Of a stretch of DNA of 64,000 bases, positions 39,801 through 51,800 are shown one piece after another. The notes below the pieces were generated by a model. It worked only from the letters and a program-made list of their open reading frames with translations. It did no database searches and was not told where the DNA came from. This stretch comes from Perna viridis (Eukaryota), in assembly GCA_037379345.1 (NCBI GenBank), contig CM074518.1, forward strand, positions 17,546,001 through 17,610,000. The letters are read 5' to 3'. How positions within the stretch are numbered: the first letter of the stretch is position 1; every line of letters starts with the position of its first letter. A program made the position numbers and the translations under genes.

Positions 39801-42800
39801 TCTTTTTTGCCTTAAATATATTCAATACATCCAGTTAAACAACTGAACGGCTATTTAAATTTATCCTGAAGCATCTGTAACATATATATTTTTTGACTGC
39901 TTATATAAGGTTTGTTTGTTTGTTTGTTGGGGTTTAACGTCCGAGCAGCAATATTTCAGCTATATTCAGATGATGAACATGAAATTAATGATAAAATGAA
40001 CATGAAATGATGATGAAAAAGGGATGGGACACAAGGACAATGGGGTCGACAAATTTTGATTGCCACTGGAAATAGGGAGAGGTGGGTAGGGTCGGGCAAT
40101 TTAGCCTCCTGTGGCGGAGCCCTATGGTTCCTACTCCGGGAGAATACCACAGTAGGGTTCTTTAACGTGCGAGGAACAAGGCATCTTTCCCAACGTAGTG
40201 CACCACTATGGTTTGCGGTCAGGTTTTCTGTATTATAGTCGACAACCCCAGCATGTAACACGCCAGGGGTACCCCATTCAACCACCTGGGCACACATCCC
40301 AGTTGCTCTGTGGGCAGAGCACTCTAGCCCCTGGCTAGGGTTCTGAGCACTATTTAGTCGCCTTTTACGACAAGCTTAGCGCTGCTATTCTTTTAACAGC
40401 CTGACCTGCACAGGGCGCTTATATAAGGAAAAAGTGCAGGAAAATTTCCCCGCCATTTTTCATTTCAACTAAATTTGACCTATCAATATCTTGAAAAGGC
40501 AAATGTTACAAACACTTTGACAGTAATTTCTTGAGGTTATGAGGTATAAATACTTGATAAATGCAATAAAATCTCTGTGTATTTTTTCTTCACGTGCCAC
40601 ACCTTATACACATTTTGCCTGATTCTTAGACGGAGAAGTACTTAAAATCTATTTTGCTTTTGATTTCAGGTTGATGTTCCCATCTAAATTTATGCTGTTG
40701 TTTTTTTGTCTCAGGACATATGTCACTTTGAACATAGTTTTTCTTGGCTTCACATGAACATGGTGGTTGCACAAGGGTTAAAATTCAACTTTTCAGAGCA
40801 CACTGCAAAAAATTCAAACAAATATTCATGTAAAGGGTTACTAAGTTATCTTTTCATTTGAATATCTGTTTGACCATGTCCATCAGCTTCGTGGAATTAA
40901 AAAAAAAAACACTTTACATCATGTTGGTAAAACATTTATGAAATAAACTAAAATAAGTGAACAATAAAAGCAATTTTAAAAACTTTTCTTTGATAAGATT
41001 GTGTGCATTTATCCAATTTGTTAAGTTTTTAATCAACTTGTTAAAATCATTAGGTTAAAATATTTTTTTTTAACAGATACCGTTCTCTGTTCTTGTATTT
41101 GCAGTATGGAGAAGCCAAATTTAATATGGATGAAAAAGATGATTTCATAACTTTTTAAAAATTTTTCTTCTTTTTTGTACTAATGGAATAAACATTTAGA
41201 GACCTTAAGTGGAAATTTGGAAGAAGAATGTTTGAATGAAAAAAAAAGATAATATAAGACCAAACCTCAAATGACTGAAGTGAATTATTGTAGTGAAAAA
41301 AGATACTTAAGCACTTTAATTAACTAATTCCAATCAAATTAAGTAATCTGCTGAGTACCTTCTCCAAAAAAAAAAAAAAAAAATTTAAAACATGAAGCCA
41401 TTTCTTCTGAACCACATCCTGAGACAATTGAAGAGTGATTTAAGTACCTTCAATCAGGAAACCAGGCAATTAGGTATGTTTTACCATCTACATGTACAAA
41501 ATCAAAAGAAGATAAATATCAGAAAACAATCATTATTATTTTAATCCCTGAACCCAAACTAACCTTAGGTTTAGGTGACTGTACAGGTTTAACAATCCAA
41601 GCATAGTCAGGCTTGACAAGACGTAATGCATTAATGGCAGCTAAATAGCACTGGGACTGTCTCTCCAAACCTCGTTTACCTGGACATTCTCTACTTAACC
41701 TCATTCCATGCTCGTACATTACACTGCCAGCTAAAAAAAGAGTAAGACTTGTCACATTTAAATAAAAGAATTAACATCTGAAAAAAGTCAATACAGTAAT
41801 GATAATGAAGACATGTAAATTCCCATTCTTTTAACAGACATGATTTTACGAGGTCTACAAAGTGGAAATCAGTGAAATTGGAAGTAAATATACAGTAAAA
41901 AAGAATTGTAAGGGTAAAATCCAGATTTGAAATAGCAGAATTCTCCTAAAAAGCAGAAAAAAAATCATGTCTGCTTTAAATACATGTCCACATACCAGAA
42001 ATTTTTTGTACTCGCATAACCTTTGATTTGGCTACCAAAATCAGCATGTTCACTTGTACTATAATCTATGAAGTCTGTTGAAGAAATCTTGAATCTCAGT
42101 AATTTGAAGTTTCATCAATCAAACCAAGTACATTTAACTAACAATAATTTCAATACCTGTATAAGGGTATATAACCCAGATTACAAGTCATATGTTATGA
42201 ATATCATGCATACCCTTCCTCCAATTACTTTTGTTGACATGGAAAGCATATAAAAGATCATAGTAATTTTGTGTTGTAAGATCTACTGATCTGGCCCTGC
42301 TCTCTAAGATGGAGACAACATCATCCTCTAGATCAACATAGGGAAAGGAAACAATCGACTGGAGATCTCCTCTCTCACTCAAAGTCACAAGCAACTGACG
42401 TAAACAATCCTTCCTCCTAGAAAATTTAAAACTTTCATGTCAAATCAACAGTAAAATTTGCTGTTAAGATGATTTTACAGTGATAGAACTTACATGGAGT
42501 GGGTATACAATTTTTGGAGCAGCAAAATCTTAAAAGATATAAGTAATTTTTAGTATGTAGTTAATCAGAGTGCAAAATAAACATTGCATAAGGTAAAAAA
42601 ATAATTTGTAATTGTACACATATATCAATAACTCCTCTGATTTTTAAGCTTAAATGATTTTGACCATATTACAATATTACATGTACCAATTTTAACTGCT
42701 TTAAATCAGGCTATACCTATCTATGAGATGAGTAATAGCATCTGAGAATAGAACTTGAAACCCTACCTTGATGGGTCAGGATTATCAACCATAGCCTTGT

Positions 42801-45800
42801 ATGCCTCCTCATTATGTTCTAATTCTAATTCATACTTAAATACTTTGGACCACAGTGTAGCCTACAACAGACAAGTCATATTTAATTACTTTGGACCTAA
42901 GTGGAGCCTACAACAGACAAGTCATACTTAAATACCTTGGACCACAGTGTAGCCTATAACAGACAAGTCATACTTAAATACTTTGGACCACAGTGTTGCC
43001 TACAACAGACAAGTCATACTTAAATACCTTGGACCACAGTGCTGCCTACAACAGACAAGTCATACTTAAATACCTTGGACCACAGTGTTGCCTACAACAG
43101 ACAAGTCATACTTAAATACTTTGGACCACAGTGTAGCCTACAACAGACAAGTCAAATTTAATTACTTTGGACCTAAGTGGAGCCTACAACAGACAAGTCA
43201 TACTTAAATACCTTGGACCACAGTGTAGACTACAATAGACAATTCATACTTAAATACCTTGGACCACAGTGTTGCGTACAACAGACAAGACATACTTAAA
43301 TACCATAGACCACAGTGGAGCCTACAACAGACAAGTCATACTTAAATACCTTGGATCACAGTGTAGACTACAATAGACAATTCATACTTAAATACCTTGG
43401 ACCACAGTGAAGCCTACAACAGACAATTCATAATTAAATACCTTGGACCACAGTGTTGCGTACAACAGACAAGACATACTTAAATACCATAGACCACAGT
43501 GGAGCCTACAACAGACAAGTCATACTTAAATACTTTGAACCACAGTGTAATCAAAAACAGACAGTTCACACTTAAATACTTTGGACCAGAGTGTAGCCTA
43601 CAACAGACAATTTATACTTAAATACCTTGGACCACAGTGTAGACTACAATAGACAATTCATACTTAAATACCTTGGACCACAGTGAAGCCACAGGGTAGT
43701 GATATGCGTCTAGTGCAGTAGTGATCGAACGTCTCTAGATCGCTACTGACGCTGGCTAGTCTACTTGTAGACGAAAAGGGGAGCAGCGTAAGCAGAAGCC
43801 TTCCTCTGCCAGTACATAGCCTCTACACTACCAAGACTCCTTCAATTTGCCTCCCCGAGGTAACACACGGTAACTTGGGTCTAGTACTCAAGGCTAACAT
43901 GAAGGGGATCTCGGAGTAACAAGGACCCTAGAAGTGCAGAGTGCAGGCCCACCGGCACGTGGAACATGCCCTGGCTCTCACCAACCTTGCCCCACCTATG
44001 GGTTAAATAGATTGCTGCCTTGTGATGGACTGTTGAGTCAAAGGCTACGGGAGACAACCCAGACAGAAAACGATGGTCAGACTGGGATCAAACCTTTGGA
44101 AGGGAACCTGTCTAGGAGAGGAAATTCTGATATAAAACCCGGCTCGAAAGGAGTCGTCACCCATGGTAGGGAACCTATCTAGGAGAGCAAACTCTGATAC
44201 AAAAGCATGTGAGGGACTTGCTGACCACCACATTAAAATAAAGCTGAAGCTAGAGGGCCAACCCCCCACTAGTGGATACAAATGGTTACAGAAACGATTA
44301 CAGTAAAAGTCATTCCTCGGACTCGTCAACGACTAGAGAAAGAGGACCAAACCAAACATTGAGGACAGCAAATGACGCGAAAGCTGATGAAGTTGTTCTC
44401 ACCAAAACAACCAACAACCATAGGCACTTGGATTGTTAGAACAATGTATCAAAGTGGCAAAAGCTTGCAAATTGCGAACGAAATGGATAGATACAATATC
44501 GAAATTCTAGGACTCAGCAAAGTAAGATGGAATACAGCTGGAATGACAACACTATCTTCAGGTCATACGGTCATATTCTCAGGAAATCCAAATGAAGACG
44601 ACATACATGACAAAGGCATGGGATTCATGCTTACAAAGAAAGCCAAGAAATCGCTTTTGGAGTGGAATCCAATATCTGCAAGAGTGATATCAGCTAGATT
44701 TGACACTCGATTCCAGAAAACAACATTTATACAGGTGTATGCACCAACAAACACCGCAGACGAAGATGATAAAAATGACTTCTACAACCTATTACAATCA
44801 GATGTTGATGCCGTTCCTAAAAGAGACATCTTTATCATCTTAGGAGATCTGAATGCCAAAGTAGGTGATGACAGAGGAGGTAGAGAAAGGGAGATAGGAC
44901 CACATCGAATAGGGCAAATGAATGAGAACGGAGAGATGTTTGCTGACTTTTGCGCTATAAACAGTCTAGTAATTGGCGGTACTTGGTTTCCACATAAATC
45001 TTGTCATAAAACCACCTGGATTTCACCATCTGGAGACACTGAAAACCAAACAGACCACATAACAATAAGCCGTCGATGGAGATTTTCATTACAAGATGTA
45101 CGAACAAAACGTGGAACAGACGCAGCATCAGATCACCACCTTGTAATTGGAAAAATTAAACTCAAGCTTTTAACAACAAAGAAAAGAGAGACTACAAACA
45201 GGAAGTTTAATGTTGAGAAGTTTAAAGATCAGAAAGTGAAAGAAAACTTCCAAATTACACTCAGGAACAGATTTAGTACTTTATTAGATCTTGACAACGA
45301 AGAAATGAACAATGATATTGATGACATCTGGAACTCAACAAAGACAGCCATTCTGGAAGCATGCGAAGAAACAGTTGGTTTCATTCAAGTGAAAAGAAAG
45401 AAATGGATGTCAGATCAAACATGGGATACAATATCTGAAAGAAGGGAAATAAAAGAAAAGTTGACGAGTGCCAAAACCAGACAGCAAAAGAAAAACCTGC
45501 AAGACCTTTACAGCGCAAAAGACAGAGAAGTGAAGAAAAGCTGTAAAAGAGATAAAAGAAACCATGCTGAAAAGTTAGCAGTAGAAGCTGAAAACGCCTG
45601 CTTAAAAGGAGACATCAAAACATTGTATAACATCACAAGACAACTCAGTGGAAAGATCTCTCAAAATGAAAATTTACCAGTCAAAGATAAAAACAACAAT
45701 ACCCTCACAAAGCTAGAAGATCAGCTTGACAGATGGAAAGAACACTTTAGTGAGGTATTGAACAGACCACCACCAACAAATCCACCAATACTTGAAGAAG

Positions 45801-48800
45801 GTCCAACACTTAACATAGAGACTGACAAAATTACCGAAAATGAAGTAAGAAAAGCCCTAAAACATCTTAAGAATGGGAAAGCAGCGGGAATCGATGGCAT
45901 ACCACCAGAAGCCCTCAAGTCCATGAATGACACTACCATTCAATATCTTCTTGGGCTATTAAACCAGATATGGGAAAAAGAAAAAATTCCAAAAGACTGG
46001 CAAAAGGGACTCTTGGTAAAACTACCTAAAAAGGGGGACAAATCCAATTGCAACAACTGGAGGGGAATAACTCTTTAGTCCATTCCTAGTAAAATCTTAT
46101 GCAGTATAATCTTACAAAGAATGAAAGAAGAGACTGATAGCAAGCTGAGAGATGAACAAGCTGGATTTAGACAAGAACTATCATGTGTCGACCAGATTGC
46201 TACACTCAGAATAATTATTGAGCAAACGATCGAATGGCAGTCATCCCTATATCTAAACTTTATTGACTTCCAGAAAGCATTTGACAGCATAGATCATCAG
46301 GTCTTGTGGAACATTCTAGGACACTATGGGATTCCACCTAAGATTATTTCCATGATTAAGTTACTGTATGAAGAATTCTCTTGTCAGGTCATACATGCTG
46401 GTACATTGACAGATCCTTTCCCTGTAACAACTGGCGTAAGGCAAGGATGCATTCTCTCTCCCCTTCTCTTTCTCATAGTCATCGATTGTATAGCAACAAC
46501 AGCTTACAACGACCCTCATGGTATACAATGGACACTAACATCTCGTCCAGAAGACCTCGAATTTGCAGACGACATATGCACACTATCGCATCGTCTTCAA
46601 GATTCCCAACACCAGGTCAACCATCTCGAAGAAACAGCTAAAAGAACAGGATTGTATATCCCACAACAGACAATTCATACTTAAATACCTTGGACCACAG
46701 TGTTGCCTACAACAGACAATTCATAATTAAATACCTTGGACCACAGTGTTGCGTACAACAGACAAGTCATACTTAAATACCTTGGACCACAGTGCTGCCT
46801 ACAACAGACAAGTCATACTTAAATACCTTGGACCACAGTGTTGCCTACAACAGACAAGTCATACTTAAATACCTTGGACCACAGTGTTGCCTACAACAGA
46901 CAATTCATAATTAAATACCTTGGACCACAGTGTTGCCTACAACAGACAATTCATAATTAAATACCTTGGACCACAGTGCTGCCTACAACAGACAAGTCAT
47001 ACTTAAATACCTTGGACCACAGTGTTGCCTACAACAGACAAGTCATACTTAAATACTTTGGACCACAGTGTAGCCTACAACAGACAAGTCAAATTTAATT
47101 ACTTTGGACCTAAGTGGAGCCTACAACAGACAAGTCATACTTAAATACCTTGGACCACAGTGTTGCCTACAACAGACAATTCATAATTAAATACCTTGGA
47201 CCACAGTGTTGCGTACAACAGACAATTCATACTTAAATACCTTGGACCACAGTGCTGCCTACAACAGACAAGTCATACTTAAATACCTTGGACCACAGTG
47301 CTGCCTACTACAGACAAGTCATACTTAAATACCTTGGACCATAGTGTAATCTACAACAGACAAGTCATACTTAAATACTTTGGACCACATTGTAATCTAA
47401 AACAGACAGTTCACATTTAAATACTTTGGACCGCAGTGTAGCCTACAACAGACAATAAATACATCAGTCATACTGTGTAAAGGTCATCTCAAATTCTACA
47501 ACTGCAAATATAGCAGTACACTTTGAAGCTTCCAAGGAAATTTATTATTGTGGACAATTTAATACCATTAAGCTGGAAATTATCACAAGGTTTTGGGAAT
47601 CACAAAAATAAAAGCTCACCAAATTTGAGTCAAGATATTTACATGTAATGTCAATTTCACTGAATCTCAAGATGGAAAAAAAATACTGAAAATTTAACAC
47701 CTCTATTTATAGAGCAAATCATGAAATTTGGCACCCGTGAAAATTACCTGCTATACAGTAGTAAATATATAAACCAGATTAAAGTAAATTAGTATGTCTT
47801 GAAAAGCACCAGCATTTCTCTGACTACAAAATTCCAGGGCAAATCAATAATAATATTTTGCCAAATAAAATCTTATTTACCAGAGATAGAAGCACTAGCC
47901 TGATAGACTGCCAAATAAAAACAGTTAGCATTGTGAAGGACTGGTTAGTATCAAGAAAAATGTAAAAATCTAGATAGAACAAGAATAAAAGTGAGAAAAA
48001 AATGAAGAGTTTGCAACAAATTTTCTTACCATATGAACCTTTTAATTCAAAAATACTATTTTTTTTTTCTATAGAAAATATAGATAGGGAGATTAACCTA
48101 CCACATCTGGGTCATCATCATCAGCAATACTAATGGCTGTTTTAGCAAAAGATACCACAACATCTGGTGCTCCAAACTCCTCAAATTGTTTCAAAACCTG
48201 AAATAAATGAAATATATCCAACTGCTATCAATATGTAAAATATAAAAGAGCTGATACAATTGAGGAATTAAATGATGACTTGTTTTGAAACATGGAAAGT
48301 GCTCTATATCAATGTGACAATAATTTCTTTTCACATGCAACTATTAGCTTGAAGCTAAGGGCCTTCATTTGAGTCACCTCTGTATCAATTGTGAATTTTC
48401 TTTAATGCATATAACAGCACATGATAAGCCTGCCCCTTTTATTAATGTTTCAATTCCAGTAACTCTGAAACTTAGAACTGAATAAAAATGAAACTGAACT
48501 GAAAGTTATGTGTACAAATTATGAAATTGTTTTAAAATCAAGTAACACAACATAAAACTTACCTTCAGATAGAAGAGTACTTCTAACTTTCGCACCTCCT
48601 CCTCATCACTCTGTAGGATAGTTTGATGGAGGAAAGGTTCATGTGCTACACCCTCTCTTGCCTCTGTGAAACATTTTGCAGCTTTCTGAGGCTCACTGAA
48701 ACATAATATAACAGTGGATGCATAAGAGTACAAAATGTTTCTACTCAATTCCTTTGTATCACATTAAATTTGATGTGAATAACGTTTTCAATGTTGTTAG

Positions 48801-51800
48801 AATGCTTTTAACCAACCTGTTTTTGCAAACAAGTTATTTTCACTAGCAAACAAGATATAATTGTGAATATATCCCCACAAATAAGTCTCTTTGTATCGGA
48901 ATACATGTTAAAGAGATTGTTGGTCCCAAAAATAAATAGTAATGAAATCTAATTCATATCCTGAAATACGAATTAGCTGGTTTCAGTGTATTCAATTTAA
49001 AACAAAACAAAGATTTCTTATCACTTTATGATCTTTTTATATAATGTATAAGTATTAAGCCCCATGCAATATAAATTCCTTTGAACAGTCCTTTACAATA
49101 AAAAAATCTATGACATTACATCTCATTCGATCATTGTGGACACACTGAGGATCTGTCAATCTCTTTATTCAAGGATAAAAATTAGCAGTCGCCCAGTAGC
49201 CCATGGCTACTAGATTTTGAGCTGGGCTACCTAACTTTTGGGTAAAATTTAGTTGATCGTAGAGAAAATATTAAACAAAAATTTGGTCTGGGCTACCAGC
49301 TTGTATTTCTAGTTTTTACCCCTGTTATAATCAACATATTGAATTATTTTAAGATAAAATACATGTACATATCAATTGAATTAAGTCTCAAAATCAGAGA
49401 TCAATGGAAATCAATAAAGACCTGGTACAAAAAACCATCAAAATCCCTAAAGTGTTTTGAATTATTCTACAATATGTGAATGTGGTAGGAGGAATACAAT
49501 ATACCATTATATATGTACATGAAGATTATTTACAGACAGAGGTAAAAAGAACTCACTCAAAATGTAAATAAGCCATGCCCAGCATGAATCTATGTGATGC
49601 TGCATTCATTTCACACCAGATACTCAGCTGGTTAACATACTGTTGTAAGGGTAAGTACTGACATGTCTTCATAAGAAACTCTGGGAATGTAAAACTCTCA
49701 TTCATTGGCCATCTGATGGTGTTGCTAAGGAAACAACTCTACAGTTTATGAAAATCTTTTATTCAAAATAGAACTCCACCAATTGTATGTTTTTTTTGCA
49801 TTGTATCTGAATGCACTTAATTATATTACTGTGAAAGCATTATTGTTTGTGGATTTTGTGGGTTTGATAAAACATGAAATTTGGTTCTCAACGAAAAGGA
49901 AATTTTCCATTCATTTGTATGATGGAGTGTCAAATTCACTAATTCAATAATCCACGAACTAATCATTAAAATCGGTACCCATGGATAAAAGTACTTTCAC
50001 AGTAAATGATCTTAGAAGAAGTACCATAACTTACAGAGAACAGAGCACTAGAAATGTTGTAATCATTTAACCATTTAGAAGACAGCTTACAAAACATATG
50101 GACAGATAGACTGATGTCTACCCAGTAAGTTTGCAAATAATACGTTTTGAGCATAAGTGTCGAATAGCGAGTAGTATAAGTTACTTCATGAAACTGAGTT
50201 GGCCACTACTGATTGAATCACCATTACCCAGTGAAATTCCTTATGTAGCTAGCCAGACAATTGGCAAGGAGATTTAAGCATTCTATCAAACACAGATTTA
50301 ACTAACTGGAAAATGATAAAGAGTTAAAATCTCCTCATCAATTGTTTAGTGAACTATATAACTTAAATAATGGTCTTTCAATCAAGGGAACACCAACTCT
50401 ATTTCCTGAAGTTAAGTCTATTAATGTAAACCCTGTAGTTAAGTAATAAACATCAACTCAACTTCCTGAAGTCAAGTGTATTAACATCAACTCTACTTCC
50501 TGAGGTAATGTGTGTAAACATTAACTCTATTTCCTGAAGTTAACAGTGGTACTGACTTTAATTTGTTTCTAATCATAGCACCATCAAAGGATACAATAAC
50601 TGAGCTGTAAACTTTGCCAATCCCAATACACCAGTTGTCCATGTACCAGTGTTCTCATCGTCAATTGATCCTGTCTTTGACAATTCAGTTCTAGCTCTTG
50701 TACCACCAACATCCATCAGAAACAGCTCAGTAATGGTCACATTTTGACTCGCTGAAATAATATACTGTAAATCAACGAATATGGCCCATTTAGTGAAAAA
50801 TGAATAGCAAAATCCTAGTAATTTAGAAATACTACGCTGAAATATTTTAATTAGGTAAACAAACAGAAAAAGAACAAAACATAACACAAATAATGTGTGG
50901 ACATAACATAAACCTTACACGGCTATTCTTATGTCAAGCAAAGACTGAAAATCTATTTTTAACCCAAGCCACAAACTTACATAAATCATAGTTATATACA
51001 GTAGAAGAATGAATCAAATTTAACATGATTAATAGCTATACACAAAGTTAATATACCTCAGTAACAATCCTAGAACAATGTTTCATTTATTTCTTTTTTC
51101 TTTATCAAGAACTTAACCAATACAATATTACCATTATCTCCCACACTACCTCAGTACTGATATTAGTGACAGATGCTCTCTAGTCGGTACCTCAGTACTG
51201 ATATTAGTGACAGGTGTTTTCTAGTCGGTACCTCAGTACTGATATTAGTGACAGGTATTTTCTAGTCGGTACCTCAGTCCTGATATTAGTGACAGGTGTT
51301 TTCTAGTGGCTACATCAGTACTGATATTAGTGACAGGTATTTTCTAGTCGCTACCTCAGTACTGATATTAGTGACAGGTGTTTTCTAGTGGCTACATCAG
51401 TACTGATATTAGTGACAGGTGTTTTCTAGTCAGTACCTCAGTCCTGATATTAGTGACAGGTGTTTTCTAGTGGCTACCTCAGTCCTGATATTAGTGACAG
51501 GTGTTTTCTAGTGGCTACATCAGTACTGATATTAGTGACAGGTATTTTCTAGTCGCTACCTCAGTACTGATATTAGTGACAGGTATTTTCTAGTCGCTAC
51601 CTCAGTCCTGATATTAGTGACAGGTGTTTTCTAGTCGGTACCTCAGCACTGATATTAGTGACAGGTGTTTTCTAGTGGCTACATCAGTACTGATATTAGT
51701 GACAGGTGTTTTCTAGTCGGTACCTCAGTACTGATATTAGTGACAGGTGTTTTCTAGTGGCTACATCAGTACTGATATTAGTGACAGGTGTTTTCTAGTC

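Larger units (their letters stand above)
49713..50594 (-). other. U12-type (minor spliceosome) GT-AG intron of NUP160
   Basis: The donor is GTATCCTTT. A branch-like TTTCCTTAGC ends ~11 nt before the exon (AACACCATCAG follows), and there is no polypyrimidine tract. Confidence 0.85.

Noticed and set aside
39956-40297. ORFs repeated at 39956-40297 and 57214-57575
   Set aside because: They are chance frames in two copies of the same non-coding retroposon, and the frames differ between copies.
43745-43780. Hammerhead ribozyme (CTGGCTA-GTCTAC/GTAGAC-GAAA)
   Set aside because: The core deviates from CUGANGA and no stem III can form after GAAA. It is better explained as a J1/2 hairpin of the HDV-like fold.
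42832-47456. CRISPR-like or retron-like system (repeat array flanking an RT gene)
   Set aside because: The units are head-to-tail with no unique spacers and derive from a NUP160 splice junction. The RT is an ordinary APE-type LINE ORF.
51057-51069. 13-nt NUP160 microexon (tag|GATTGTTACTGAG|gtat)
   Set aside because: It would shift the frame, and the flanking exons already join in frame.
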